A stretch of DNA of 64,000 nt from Amoebidium appalachense (lineage: Eukaryota; Protista; Ichthyosporea), in assembly GCA_963693365.1 (NCBI GenBank), contig CAVNZM010000004.1, positions 13,762,524-13,826,523 of the forward strand, given 5' to 3'. The notes beneath the pieces were generated by a model that saw nothing but the letters and a program-made list of their open reading frames with translations, made no database searches and had not been told where the DNA came from. Made by a program: the position numbers and the translations under genes. This document shows, one piece after another, positions 35,408 to 49,458 of the stretch. How positions within the stretch are numbered: position 1 is the first letter of the stretch; each line of letters begins with the position of its first letter.

Positions 35408-38400
35408 TCGTGCAAATACGCGATAATAGTCGTAGTACAACAGATAAACGAACTAATAATTGCCATCGAATGCCGAAAAGTTTCCTGCTTGTTGAGAGTG
35501 TGCACATACAAGTTAGCACAGGAGCATAGCTCCTTACTTATTTTGCGAAGGACCTGCTGATGCTTTGAAGGTTCACAAGTACGTACTGAAGATAGTTGTG
35601 GTTCCGTACGGGCTATACGACACCAAATTCTGAAATAAATAGGTACGAATGTTAACTGTTACACCTAAAAATTGTCTACAGATAATGTAAATACGTTAGG
35701 GTGCTCGTTACATGATGCTTATCAACCGTTACTTTGTAACTATTTCTATCAACAACGGTCCCTTCACTGCAGTGCCAATTCTGCGCGTGGATACACAATA
35801 AACCCACAATATGTGGACACTTATCATTTGCATGCATGCAGTTGAACTCCTCCTGTTTCAAGAAGCAGTGCTTGCCAATTGCAAGCTGCACTTATCCAGA
35901 CCCTCGCATGTGCCACGAACATCAGCCCAAGCAGCTAAGGTGGCAGGTGTGTGTGGGTTGGTCAGTTGTGCAATTGATAGTACACCGTGGGTGTGGGAGC
36001 GCCTTTCAGGACGTCGAAAGTTATGTTTTGAGTTAATGGGCACCAGCACACGGTTGGAACCTGTCTGAATTGCAACGTGGATACATCACATACTGTGTAC
36101 TATCATATGCCTAATCTTATAAGCACGCAACCTGAGGCTATAGGGAACACTGCCCACTGGTACGAATGCCAGAAACATGCGTGCATGTGCATGCGCATGG
36201 CGCCCAGAAACATTTGCGTGTGCATGCATGGTAGAAGCAGCAAGTGCATGGCATGCAGAAGCTTAAGTATGTGCATGTTTGTGCATGGCAGAACTATGTA
36301 CATGTGCTTGGCCATGTGCATGGCACAAACATGTGCACGTGCATGACAGGAACATGTGCATGTGCATGGCAGAGGGTATGCATGTGCATAAGGCTTGGCA
36401 ACTTCGTACTTGCCCTACCTGCGCCTTCCGGGGACTGTTGGGCCGTGGGCCGTGGCGGCGGGGCGCGCGCGCGGCTGCACTGCGCCGCTGCAGTGACTCC
36501 AGGGACCGCCGTTAGCGCGACCCAACCGTCGAAAATGATTGCACCGGAGTGCATCCTCGAAGAATCCCCTAAACTGACTCCTAGAATTGGAAATTTGACT
36601 GAATCATTTTTCACCACTACGCCATTATCAACTCAAGGTAGCCCTACGGAAAGGTAGCCCTACGTATACGGTACTACATAGTAGTCTAGTACGTAGAAGC
36701 AGTCTGCGCAGCATACTAAGCGCACAAAAAAACGCAATACACCACAAATATATATATATATATATATATATATCCAGTATTTGTGCAGTTAACTTATTTC
36801 ACCTTCCAAGTATGTGACTGCGTGTAGGTATGTGCGTACATGGGCACTTGAAAACTTATTTATTATTATTAAATTATATTAATACATTGCAAACCTTCAA
36901 CTTCAGGATCCAATTTTTAAGCCTCGCTGGTGCGCATCGACGAAGTGACGCTTTATCCAATCAGCGACGTAGATCCGGTCGCTGCCATCTTTGACATCTT
37001 TGGGACATGTTCGTACAGGCTATCCGCGTACAGCGCCATGATTGGTCACTCCCAATGGAGGATGGCAAAAAAAGCACAGTTAGTTATGTTATCTAAAACA
37101 TCGCAGAGAAGCCAAAAAACACTGTATAATACTTAATAAATGCTATTTAATATACAAAATACATTTATATTGTCATAGAGCAGCTCTGTGGCACAGAAAG
37201 TGATCACAGAGTGGCTCTGTGGCACATAATATTGCCACAGAGCATATTAAGTGCCACAGAGCTGCTCTGTGCTATTGAAGAAGGGGGGTTCGGGCCCCCG
37301 ATATCTAGATTGAATAAGCTGATTTTTATTTTCCAGATATTTTTTTTTCTTTTGACTCGGGTTTATTGTTTCCGTTGATGAAGGCAACGTGCAGCCACAG
37401 GCTACATAACCACCTATAGAACTGAAAAAGCCAAAGCTACGAAATAAAAATAAAGCTAGAAGTGACAAAGGACACCAGCGGGCAAAACCTTAAGTGTACG
37501 TGTATGCGTAAAACTAGTTTGCTCCAACTGGTCATATGCAGCGATGTTGACCAGACCACACTCCGCTAGAAGACATCATTACTCCTCCTTCCCAACAGGC
37601 CCCCCTCAAAACCTACCGAGGCACAGCAAGCAAGTCAGCCTCTAAAAGGGCAATCATTGCAGACCAAATCTGAGCTAAAAAACAATCCCAACGGGCCCGG
37701 CCCCTATATAACCCGGAGAAACTGCATCTAGCTCTCTGATAAGGTGGCCTAGTTGTGGCAGGACACACAGAAAAACACAATTACAGAATGCATGCAAGCA
37801 AACCCGGTCATTGCCATACGACTGGAGGCTAAGGACAGGACTGGCAGTCACTTGCCAGAAACTTAAGCTCCCCGACGACTAAGTAGCCGCCCCTCCACTC
37901 ACTCACGCAGCGCAGAAGTAGCTGAAGAAGTTGCAGCAGCACAACGCCAATAGGTCGCGTAGAAGCGTAGACAACGTGTAGAAGTTACCATAGGTTGCAG
38001 TGTGTGACCACCAGGCGTTGAAGAAACCACTTCTCAAGCGAGAAACTCCGCGAAAGGGAGATCCCCCACACTCTCACAGCAGTAGGAATACACCAGGCCT
38101 CACCACACACACGCTGCAGTCACGTTCCCCTGAGTGGGACTCCCTCCCACCACAAAAAGAAGAAACGAAAGCCTTTATATACCTGCCATGGTGAAGAATC
38201 GGGGAAAAAAAAGTTGACGTGACAGCTAAGAGATCGAAGTGAAAGTGAAGTCCCATAAATTTTTAGAAGGGGTTCGGGGGGCTTGCCCCCCGATAACTGA
38301 TCAGGGGGGCTCAAGTGTCTAAAATTTTAATATCTAAGGTAAACATAACTTTAAATTTTGCTTTTTTCCCTTATAAGATTAGAAGGAAAAGGGGGGTTCG

Positions 38401-38940
38401 GGGGCTTGCCCCCCCCCCCCCCCCCCCGGATATTTGGGTAATTCCGGCCACAGAGCACATTTTGCGACTGTGATCCCGGGACGCAATCCAAAAAAATCCG
38501 AGGCATCCCCACGAGATTTCTGCTAAAAGTGAGCTCGTCCAATGGAGAAAACGCCTATTTTCATTGGTGAATTTCAAATCTTGTGGGTTCATGTCCCGGT
38601 AAATTTGCAATTCGCGTCACCTATAAGGCACGCGATGGAATGTGACCGGAATTACATGTAGAGAATAGGACGAGTGCCGTGAAATTTGAGGTCCGGTGAT
38701 CACAATCATGAGTTTAGGTTGAGGATCTGAGGGGATTAGATCGATGTATTTAATTGGATGAAAGCCTAACTGTAAAATTACTGATTGGACATTACGATCC
38801 AATCAGACGTATGTACGCGGATAACCTGTACGTGGATGTAGGCAGGGGATCCTTGACTTCTTGTTGGTTTATTTATGAGCTTTCTTTATGTCAAGGGTAC
38901 AATGCATAGATGTTTTGCGTGTAGGCGTGCAAATGATGCA

Positions 38941-39695
38941 ATGGGTGTTGAAACGGCCCATTCCCCAGAACGTATGTAGCTTATGCAAAGTGGTTCGTTG
39001 ACGAATACATCCACAAGCACCTTGTATCAATTGCGCAGTTCATACATGGGGGGCCCAAGCTTGGAGCATATTCGTTGAGATGGCCCAGGCGACTGAAACC
39101 GACGAAGCAACCGCACAGGCACTGGCGGAGACCGCCGGGCTGTCCAGAGACTTGCACCAAAAGTTGGCAGCTCTGTGCGAAACTGTGAAAGTAAAACATG
39201 AGGCTAAAACATGCGAACTGCTCCAGGCACAGCAGCGGGTTGCTGCTCTGGAGGAGGAAAATTGTGCGCTTAAAGATGAAGTGTCGAGGTTAGAGTCACG
39301 GCTGAGGGAGCAGGAAGAGGGCCAGAGCACGATGTTGGAAGAGAGAATGCGTAGTGTGGACGAACGGGAACGGGAGTTAGATGAGCGTGCGGAGGCACTG
39401 GAGACACGTGAGCTGCAGCTGGCCCAGAGGGCCTCTACAATGGACCAGCGCGACGCGGAGTTCCACAACGTGCAGAAGCAGTTCTGGGCGGAAATGGAGG
39501 ACGAGAAGAGGTGGCTGAGCGGGCAGAGGGAGGAGCTGGACGACCAAAGAGCACTGCTGGAGAAGAAGGAGGCAAAACTCAACGAGAGAGCTGCCATGCT
39601 GGAGAGGAGGAGCCAGGCACCGCGCCCGGCGTCATTTGGCGTACCCTATGGCGAGGTGGGTTTGACAGGTGGCCATTCTCTTTTTTTTTTTTTTT

Positions 39696-39726
<31 letters not shown>

Positions 39727-40507
39727 GAAGAGGGGGGGGGGGGGGGAAGAGGGGGGGGGGGGGGGGGGGAGGGAGGGAGGTTCTTGCTGGAAAGAGTGGG
39801 TTTGGTTTGGAGTTTGCAGACAGTCATGGTTGCTGCGTGACACAGCGACTTGTGCGCCTGGGGGAAGGCGCGGCGCCGGCGGCTGCAGTGCTGGCGGCCG
39901 CGGCGCCGGCTAGTTTTTCGGTGCTGAATCGGGGAGGCGATGGGAAGAGAGTGTGGTGGGGGGGGGAGGGGGGGGGGGGGGGGGTGGGGGGGTTGGGGAG
40001 GGGAGGAGGGGGAGGGACTGTTTTCAAAGAGCTGGGGTGTCGGGCGGCGGAGGGAAGGAGGGGGAGGAGGGAGGAGGGGGAGGCTCGGCTGTCAAACGTT
40101 TTAGTAGCTGGCCTCTTTCTTTCTCTCTTTTTTCTTTATGTTTATTTATTTATGTATTTATTTATTTTCTGGGCGGGGGGGGGGGGGGGGGGGGGGGGGG
40201 AGGAGATACAAAACGGCAGTGATATGGGTGGCCTAAAGGCACTTTCTCCCTCTTTCTTCCTCATCCACCCCCTCCCCCCTCCCCCCCCCCCCCCCGGGGG
40301 GGGGGGGGGGGGAGGCTTATTTGTGGGAAGGCACCACGCCGGCGGTCGTGGCGCGGCGTCAGAGGCCATGGCACCGGCGGGGTTTGTGGCACCGGCGGCG
40401 GGGAAAGAGGGGGAGGAGCGGGGCTTGGTGGGGAAGAGGGGGGGGGGTCTGACTTAGTAGAGTGGGCAAGTGAGGCGGCTTCAGTGGTGGGGGGGAGAGA
40501 GGAGAAG

Positions 40508-40540
<33 letters not shown>

Positions 40541-40851
40541 TGCGGCTGTCAAACAAGTTTAGTGACTTGCCTTTTTTTTTTTTTTTTGTGGGGGGGGGGG
40601 GGGGGGGGGGGTTTCAAACACGAAAAGGCAGTGATACGGCGGGCCAAAGGGCACTTTCTTCCCCTTCTCCCTCCCCCCCACCCACCCACCCACCCCCGTC
40701 CACACACACACCGCGTGCGCACACACGCACGCACGCACACACACACCACCACCACCACCACCACCACCACTACACCAGGGAAAGAGTAACCATGAACGGT
40801 TTATACAATCACTTATCTGCAGGGTGGCTTGTGGGATTGTTTTTTTTTTTT

Positions 40852-40882
<31 letters not shown>

Positions 40883-41810
40883 GGGGTTCAAAGAGGGGTA
40901 CGCATCCGTGACAACCCCTCCCTCCCCGTTTCCCACGAGCACACACACACACACAAACACACACACGCACACACACACATCCTGCGTACCTCGACTCACC
41001 CCCTCCTCCACACATACACACACTCACACTCTTGCTCTTCTTATCTCGACACACCCCTCTAATCCCCTCCCTTCCTTTCACTCCCCCCCCCCTCCCCCTC
41101 CTTCCCCTCCCCCCCCCCCCCTTCCCCCCAACTCCACCCTTCCTTTTACTTCCTACCAACACTACCAACACTCCCCCCCCCCCCCTCCCCCTCCCCTTCC
41201 CCCGTGGGCCCTCTCCCCCGCTGCCCACCCTCCACACACCCACAGATACCACAGCCCCCACCCAACTATGGCAATGGCCCAGCCAAGGACCCACACACCC
41301 CCGTCCCATCCCCCCACAGCTTCGGCCCACCGACCCACCGGCCCACCCACCGAAATAGATCCAATAGCATGGACCGACTTGGTGTGAATCGACCGGAAAT
41401 GAAACCTGGTATGCAAGGTATGCAGACTGGAATGCATTCAGGAGACGGGCAGGCCAAGAGGCCAGGGGAGGGGGATGGTGCCCAATATGGCGCTAAGCGC
41501 CTGCGGTCGGACTATGGGCTATGGGCATCTCCCCTGCAGTCTAACACACACAGCTCCCCAAATCTCGGCTCGGTAGCCCCCCCCCCCCCCCCCCCCCCTC
41601 CCCCCGCGTGCCCCACCCACCCATCCCACCATACCTCACCCCTCCGCGCCTTCTTCCCCACCCTTCCCCCCGTGCACCCTCCTAACACACGCACACTCCC
41701 CACCCGGCACACACACACACATACACACACGCACACACACATGCACATGCACATGCACATGCACATGCACATGCAGACACATGCAGATACACACTCACCA
41801 AGAGGGGGGG

Positions 41811-41844
<34 letters not shown>

Positions 41845-42002
41845 GATGGAGAAGGAGGGGTGGGAACCAAAGTCAAAAAAAGGGTGAGAAGATAGGGCAT
41901 AAATAGGAACAGGAGTGAAACGCTCCGGGGTGGAGTGAGGGTTGTGTGTATGTGTGTTGGGGGGGGATTTATTTTCCCTCTTTCGTTTATTCTTTTTCTT
42001 GC

Positions 42003-42062
<60 letters not shown>

Positions 42063-42675
42063 CGGTAATTGGTGGGGAAGAGGAGGGGGGGGGGGAGGGG
42101 GGGGGGGGGGGAGATGTGACGGTCTGCAGTCATGTGTGTTTGACATTGGGGTGTGCTTTGACATTAGTGACATCTGTTTGCTTGTGGGAGTTAAGTATGG
42201 GACGGACCTTGCAGGCAGATTGTGAAACTCAACAGACGTGGTCACAAAGTGGTGTCTTCTTCTGTGTCCACACACACACACACACACACACACACAGCAC
42301 GTATGCCATTCTGCTATTGCCATATTAACATTTCGCTCCCTTTCCATCCCTCCCCGTGCCCCGTCCCACCCTTTCTACCGCCTTTCTGTCACAGTGCCTT
42401 CGTTATGTCCCTTTCTCCACCTTGCCCCCCCCCCCCCCCCCCCCCCCCCCCGCGCTCCCAATGCACATTTACGCACATTCACACACACACACTCTCTCTC
42501 TCTCCCCTCCCCCTCCCCCCCCCCCCTCTCCTTCCCCCCTCCCTCCCCCCCCCCCCCCCCCCCCCCTCTCTCTCTCTCCCCCTCTCCCCCCCCCCCCCCA
42601 CCCCACACACACACACACACTCCCCCCACCATGCCTCTCTCATGTGCCTGGCATGCCACTTCCACCCTCTACCCA

Positions 42676-42739
<64 letters not shown>

Positions 42740-43697
42740 ATCCCCCTTTCTCTGTGTGCAGTCACAGTCACAGGGGGACACCGACATGACAACCCTAGCT
42801 GCATTTTCCCATGAGTCATTCAGTGTGGAGGGGGACGAGGAGGAGACGGGGTCGGTGGCTGAGAGTGTAGCAGCCAGACAGGACAAGGACTCGAAGAAAC
42901 AGAAACACGAGGCCGCACATAAATTCCTGACGGATATCCCATGGTGGAAGATATACGGCCCGGACTACAGCTCGTTTGTGACGATGAACTACAACTATTT
43001 TGATCGTGGTACACCCCTTGGGAAAATTTTCGAAAACTGCCGCGGCCACCGGAGTGCACCTGGGTGTTATCAGTTTGCAGCACGAGTAGCGGTGTTGGTG
43101 GGGACGTATTTATTGGCTACGGCGGATCGAACGACATTGCACGAAGTGTTTTTCTCGAAGAAAAGCAGCAAGCAGATTCTTTACTGTCTGCGTACAGTTG
43201 ACCCCCCTTCGCCCCTTGTCATGTTTTTGAACAAGTCGCACAGAAAAGAGGTGCAGAAGCGGGGCAAGTGGGAAGAAGAAGCAAGGACGGATCGGTCCGA
43301 TTTTATGCAGCGGGTAGATATATCCATTAAATACTTTAAGGATGGATTGGAGAGAGCAATTGAGGATGTTGCGATAGTTACCCCCCGGAAAGACGACAAA
43401 CAGCAAAAATTCGAGGAAGTAATTTCGGAACGGATTATTGAAGGGCTGAGAATCGTGGAACATGTACTCTTCAAAACGGATTTACTGGAAAGGTCGAGTG
43501 TGAAAATTGAGAAGACACCCCAAGCGAGCGGAGAGACCCTTTTTCTGTATCAGCGCCCCCGCTATGAGGAGCCGGTGGCAGGGCCGGCAGACCCGAGCTA
43601 CTATTTGACAAATATTGATGTGGCTCAGGTGGTGGCAGCTGAGAAGGCCGTGATTAAGAGGCCTACTCCGGAGGAGAGGGCCAAGGCAAAGGATTGA
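38941..43697 (+). CDS. Multi-exon protein of unknown function: N-terminal coiled coil, low-complexity linker, C-terminal globular domain
   Basis: ATG 38941 and the GTATGT..GCAG intron 38972-39038 join in frame to the coiled-coil exon 39039-~39656. There is a probable exon at ~41320-41573 and a long intact last exon ~42761-43697 (PWWKIYGPDY...SAPGCYQFAARVAVLVGTY). Internal connectivity is inferred. Confidence 0.6.
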
Positions 43698-43980
43698 TTT
43701 GGCTTCCTTCTTTCTTTTTTTTTCTTTCTTTCTTTTTTTTTTTTTTTTTTTGAGAATGAGAGATTTATTTGATCGTGATCTGACTGTTATAATGCATGTA
43801 TCTTCTGAATGCGTGTATGAAATTGTACGATTTCGGGTGGCATGCAGGCTTGGCACTGTGATAGTTGTAGGTGTGGATGTGTGTATCTGTTGGGCTTAGT
43901 AATGTAGACAGCACTGAACTTACGCAAGCGTTGTGAGGTGTGTGTGTGTGTGTGTGTGGGCACGTGTGTGCTCCGCATCC

Positions 43981-44011
<31 letters not shown>

Positions 44012-44309
44012 GGTGAGGGGGGGACTATTTTTTCGTCTCTCCCCTCTATGATGGCGGTGGTGGTGCTTCCTGTATGATGGTAGTGGTGGGGTGGGGTGTG
44101 TGTTTGTTTGGTGGGGTGGGTGGGTGTGTGTGTGTGGGGGGGGGGGGGGGGGGGGGGGGGGGGGAAGTCGGAGAAGAAATTTAAAGCTCCTGCTTTGTTT
44201 TTTCAAGTTGTACTCTTGTTCTTGAGGGAATTCGAAATCAATTGTTGGTGTCATCGAGAAGTGATTGATGTATGGATACATGTATAGTTAGTGAATCACA
44301 GATATATGT

Positions 44310-44461
44310 ATGAAGGATTTGAATTTGAATAAGATAGCTCCACCAGTATTGTGCTCATCAGATGTAGACGTACAGATCCCCTGAATGAAGGATTTGAATT
44401 TGAATAAGATAGCTCCACCAGTATTGTGCTCATCAGATGTAGATGTACAGATCCCCTGAAT
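44310..44461 (+). repeat. ~75-bp direct tandem duplication x2
   Basis: TGAAGGATTTGAATTTGAATAAGATAGCTCC...CAGATCCCCTGAA occurs twice with one mismatch. Confidence 0.93.
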
Positions 44462-44611
44462 GGCTAGATGCCATACTTTGGCTAGGTGCCAATGTTACTT
44501 TTGCTGAAAATGAAAAGATCAAGAAAGAAGGGCGGCTATTGGTGCATATGGTACAGGATAGTGTCAAACACCATTCAGGCCTGTAGGAAATACGAGATAT
44601 ATCATGGATTT

Positions 44612-44870
44612 AGGGACTTCACTTTCACTTCGATCATTTTCCTTTCACATCATTTTTTCAGTTTCGCGTTTTCACCATGCAGGGTATATATTAAGAGCTT
44701 TCGCTTCTTTCTTTTTGGGACTTCACTTTCACTTCGATCATTTTCCTTTCACATTAATTTTTCAGTTTCGCGATTTTTCACCATGCAGGGTATATAAGAG
44801 CTTTCGCTTCTTTCTTTTTGTGGCAGAGGGAAGTCCCACGCTGGGGAGGGACTTGCGAGCAGGTGTATTC
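44612..44870 (+). repeat. ~105-bp tandem duplication with a TATA motif; diverged inverted homolog at ~38085-38254
   Basis: GGGACTTCACTTTCACTTCGATC...TTCACCATGCAGGGTATAT...GCTTTCGCTTCTTTCTTTTTG occurs twice here and once in reverse complement ending at 38254. Confidence 0.88.
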
Positions 44871-46116
44871 TCGCGGGTTGAGTTCTACGATTGCCTTCGG
44901 AACGCGGTTGTGATATGCTGGTGTGCTACCTCTCTCCATTTGGTGTCATCATGTTTCTCCGAGGGCACAGCATGATCATGATGGTGGCTACTATGGTGGC
45001 CGCGAGTGCTTCTCGCTTTGGGGGTTGTTTGGGTCCTTGCTTGTCTCCTTCTATGTTGTCTCCATCTCTGCATCCTTCTCCGAAATGCGGCAAGGACTTG
45101 GTCACTCCGGGGAGCGCGTTTGGGGTGGTGTTGGTGGCTGAGTAGGACGCCGAGAAGTTTCCCTGGTTGGCCATCGTCACGAGCTTTCACTGCGGCTGTT
45201 GCTGAGCATTGTATCAAATTTTCTCGTTGGAACAAACACTGCTTGTGTCTTCTCTTTTGCGTGCCCTGTTACAGCTACGCTACCTTGCTTGACCGTTAGA
45301 TTTCCTAGGCAGGTTTACGTGAACTCCGGGCGGGCTTGTCTGGGACAACTCTCGTGTTCAAGCGAGTTCTGTATTGCCCATGAGAAATCTATCGAAAGAC
45401 CACTCTGTTGGCAGGGTTTACGTGAACTCCGGGCGGCTGCCATTGGAGAAGTTAAGTAGATAGGTTCCTTACAGATTGTAGCTTAGACATCCTCGTGGCC
45501 AGATGGGGCAATCTAATCACTTCAGGCTTGCGCTCTCCTCCTCGTTTTTCTACACCTGAGCTTCTTCTTCTTTTTTTTTACGACCTTAGTATGACCCCTT
45601 TTTTGTTCTTGACGATGTCTCTGTCCTTTGCAGTATTTCTGAACTCATATGCATTCCTCCCGAGGTGACCCCTCTGATCATAACTTCTCCTGTACACGTA
45701 GGGGGCCCCCCGGCAGATTCGGCCTTCTTCCACAACGGGGCCGTTTGGTTGGCTGGCGCGGGCGTATCTACTATGAGTTTCGCTACTCTGAGTTGTGTTG
45801 TAAAATAACATGTATCCTCTATCCAAAGTCTGGTATATCCCTCGAGTTTTTTTTTTTTTTTTCTTTATTCCAGGATATCTGCGATATCTTGCCTCTCCAT
45901 TATCCATGAGCACATACTTGATAAGATGGGGTTTACCGTAAAAAAAAAAAAGAAAAAAAAAAAAAGAAAAAAAGAAAAAAAAAAAAAAACTTTTTATTGC
46001 GTGGACACTGCTGGAGGCCCAGCCACATTCGACGGCCTAAAGGGGTTTTCCAGCGCAGCCAATCAAATGCAGCCAGTGACATATGTACATGCTAGGCAAC
46101 AATGAGCGCCATCGTA

Positions 46117-46652
46117 GTGGTTCGATTCGTGTGAAAAGCCAGATTGCCAGATTGCCAGAATGCCAGAGTTTTGATGGCATTCCAGAAAGGCTAGATTTCG
46201 GTCCGGTTCTTGTAGAGCTAAAATCTAGCTTTTTGGGTCAAGAAGGCACTTGCCATTTTGCGCGGTAATAGAATATCTTGGCTTATCTTAATGAACAATA
46301 ATAGTTTTGAAATATTATTTAAATAATTTTTATTTTGTTAAATGGGCATTTATTACCAAGTTTTATGCATTTTTGAAAAGCTATACTAATAAGGCAAAAC
46401 GCCTAGGATTGGATTCGAACTTTATATGGTGCTGGCGCGGCCAATCGTAAGGCGCAGGGTCAATCTGGCAATTTGGAAAGGGGGGGGGGGTCGCCAGATT
46501 CTGGAATCTGGAAGAGGGGTCAAATTGAATCTGGCCTTAAAATTTTGTTTAAATTTTACGTTCCGATTCGATTGATCGACGAATAACCTTTTTTGGCGAG
46601 GCGGTAGCATCTGGCAATCTGGCAATCTGGCTTTTGACACGAATCGAACCAG
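46117..46652. mobile_element. 536-bp MITE with ~45-bp TIRs and TA flanks (Tc1/mariner-type target duplication)
   Basis: TA|GTGGTTCGATTCGTGTGAAAAGCCAGATTGCCAGATTGCCAGA ... TCTGGCAATCTGGCAATCTGGCTTTTGACACGAATCGAACCAG|TA. The core is AT-rich with GCCAGATT sub-repeats. Confidence 0.88.
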
Positions 46653-47518
46653 TATGTAACACCCCTATTACATATTATGGGTAAGCAGAGGCTAGCATCG
46701 GTAGCTCCGAAAGAAAGTTAAGGCACCGGATCACAGTATCATACTGTGCAGCATTAATAGGGTGATCTAGGATAGTCATCTTAACTTAACGGATATACTG
46801 AGGAAGAGAGGAAGAAAAGAGAATAGAACCGCCAATGTACCTCCGGTTCTAATACGTTAGCCAACAGGTTGCACTTATTGATAGATATGCTGCCGCGAGT
46901 AAACCGACCCCCTACACATATTACACATACGAGCATCAATAAAGTCATTATAAAAATAAAAAAAAATATGCTATACGAAAGGCCACGGCCCTCAGACCTC
47001 CACCTAAGTCCATACGCCGGAAGTCCCCGCGCACCTGATTGGACAAAACACCATCCGATGACGTAAAATCAGGGGAGAACGATTCGATCCTTAAGCGACA
47101 TAAACGGCCCCTTTAGCGGGGGGTTGGGGGGGCGGCAGCCCCCCCATTTAGGGCCCAGACACACATAGGGTTATGATTATTGGGTTTATGTTTTTTATTT
47201 TTGTAAATTATTATCAATTATTGTTTTTTTTTAGCCGGTTATCATCCGATCTCCCTATACCTAGGGCTTCCTTCGTATTGGCCTCAGAGGGCCGTGGACT
47301 CAAAGGCTGATAGGGGTGAGAGCCAATCATATGCGCCGTCCATGGTGCGCATCCAGCCAATCATCGACAGCATAAAATAGATCTGTAGGTCTACAATAGA
47401 TCGAAGAGCACTTGAACCTAAACACGCGTACTATACTAAACACGCGTAACTACGACCTGTTTATTAGATGTATTGATTGGCTTGAGAAACACATCACTAC
47501 AAAATTATAGCGCACGCG

Positions 47519-47619
<101 letters not shown>

Positions 47620-47650
47620 CCAGCTGATACCGAGTGTCCCAGGGGAGCCC

Positions 47651-47681
<31 letters not shown>

Positions 47682-48038
47682 CGGGGAACCCCAACTAATT
47701 GATTTCTCCTTGTAGTCTTTATGGTGTCTCGTAGAGAAAGTAAACCCTGATATATAGTCATCACCCGACATCTATGTACGTGATCATGATATACCGCTGA
47801 GGGGATATTCCGAGCAAACCCCCCCCCCCCCCATACCTGAGACTGGTTTCTCTTTGCCTCGAGTAAACAGCGTAAACCCCCACTTGAACCCAGTCACCAG
47901 GAGCGCCAACTTGATCCGCCAGTGGCTGCGCAACTTTGCCCCTTTGATCATCCACATTAACTCACGCACTCGTGACAGCATATTCCGAACTGCTTTTCGT
48001 TTTACAGCCAGTTCCCCTGGATGTAGCTGCCTGGCACC

Positions 48039-48813
48039 ATGAAGCTTAAGGAAGAAGGCCTTGACGGTAGCTACAGCACGAGCCAGGCAGATGCGTTGCT
48101 TACACAGCAGCTGCGTGCAGCACAGAACACGTTGGCGAGCGAGCTTACACGAGGAGCTAATATCCACACAAGAGAAACGGGAGCAAGAGCTCGTCCGGAA
48201 AGAGCAGACGCTACTGGGAGAGAAACGTGCGTGTCAAGAAAACATGAAGGCCATGGGGGAGCAGCTACAGCAGAAAAACGACGAGTTAACCAGAACACAA
48301 AGGGAGCTGGAGCACACCCAACAGCTGCTACAAAACGAGCAATCAAACACACGCGACTTGCAAGCACGTTTGAAGAGTCAGAGAAAGAGAAGGGAGAATT
48401 GAAGGTTCAGTTAGAGCTCTGCACCACCGCCTTTTTAAGAGTCACAGATGAGGTGGAAGTGCTGAAACAGAGGGGCAGCAGCAAAGAGACGGAGGAAACG
48501 GACCAAAGTGCTACCGTGGCCAAACCCCTAAGGTATGGACAGTGTAATTTTTCTGTCGGCCCACTCCGTAATTTTTTCTTCCTTTAAAATTTGCTTGAGA
48601 ACATAGGTGAAAGGGGGCTCAATATGTAGGACGAAGAGGGTAGAAGGGGCGGGGGGGGGGGGGGGGTAGGGGGGGGGGGGGAATCTGGGGGGCCATTCTA
48701 GGGGCTGTACAGGGGGAAGGGGGATGTATTATGGGAGCCGGATGTTGCCCTAACGCTGAAGACGAGACTGCCCTTAACATGAGTGTCGGTGGGTGTGTGG
48801 GTGTGTGGGTGGT

Positions 48814-48867
<54 letters not shown>

Positions 48868-49104
48868 AGGTACCCATCTATGTGTATGCACGTCGCTAGG
48901 GATCAAGGGAGGGACGGTGAATATGGTATGGCGAGGCGTTCACTGGTTCGTGCAGGCAATAGAAGTCGGTGGGGGGGGGAGGAGGGATGGTTCCCAAGAG
49001 AGGGAAGCATATTGCCCTTTCATTTCCTCCTCCCCCTTGTGTTTGTGTGTGTATGTGTGTGTGTATTTTTGTTGTTTCTTTCTTTTTTTTTTTTGGGTGC
49101 GGGG

Positions 49105-49156
<52 letters not shown>

Positions 49157-49385
49157 GAGGGTTGAGGTGGCAAGGGAGGATGAGAGATAGGAGAAGAGTC
49201 GGGAGCTGGAGAGCGAGGTATTAGACGGAGTTCTGGCTGGGCAAGTTTATGGAATTGTGGTTAATTAAGTTTATGATAAAGAGCAGAATTTCTTCCAAAT
49301 TCCCTTGTGTAGTGGTGCAATTTCTCACCTTCCTGCTCTCTGCACACCAGTATGTTTTTTTGTAGCTAAGAGATCCCTCTTTCTT

Positions 49386-49458
<73 letters not shown>

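Noticed and set aside
35450-36620. Possible minus-strand gene
   Set aside because: Splice-like signals exist but no coherent or recognisable protein could be assembled, so it is not reported as a feature.
44885-45913. Short overlapping ORFs downstream of the TATA module
   Set aside because: No recognisable gag, pol or transposase motifs, and no consistent frame.
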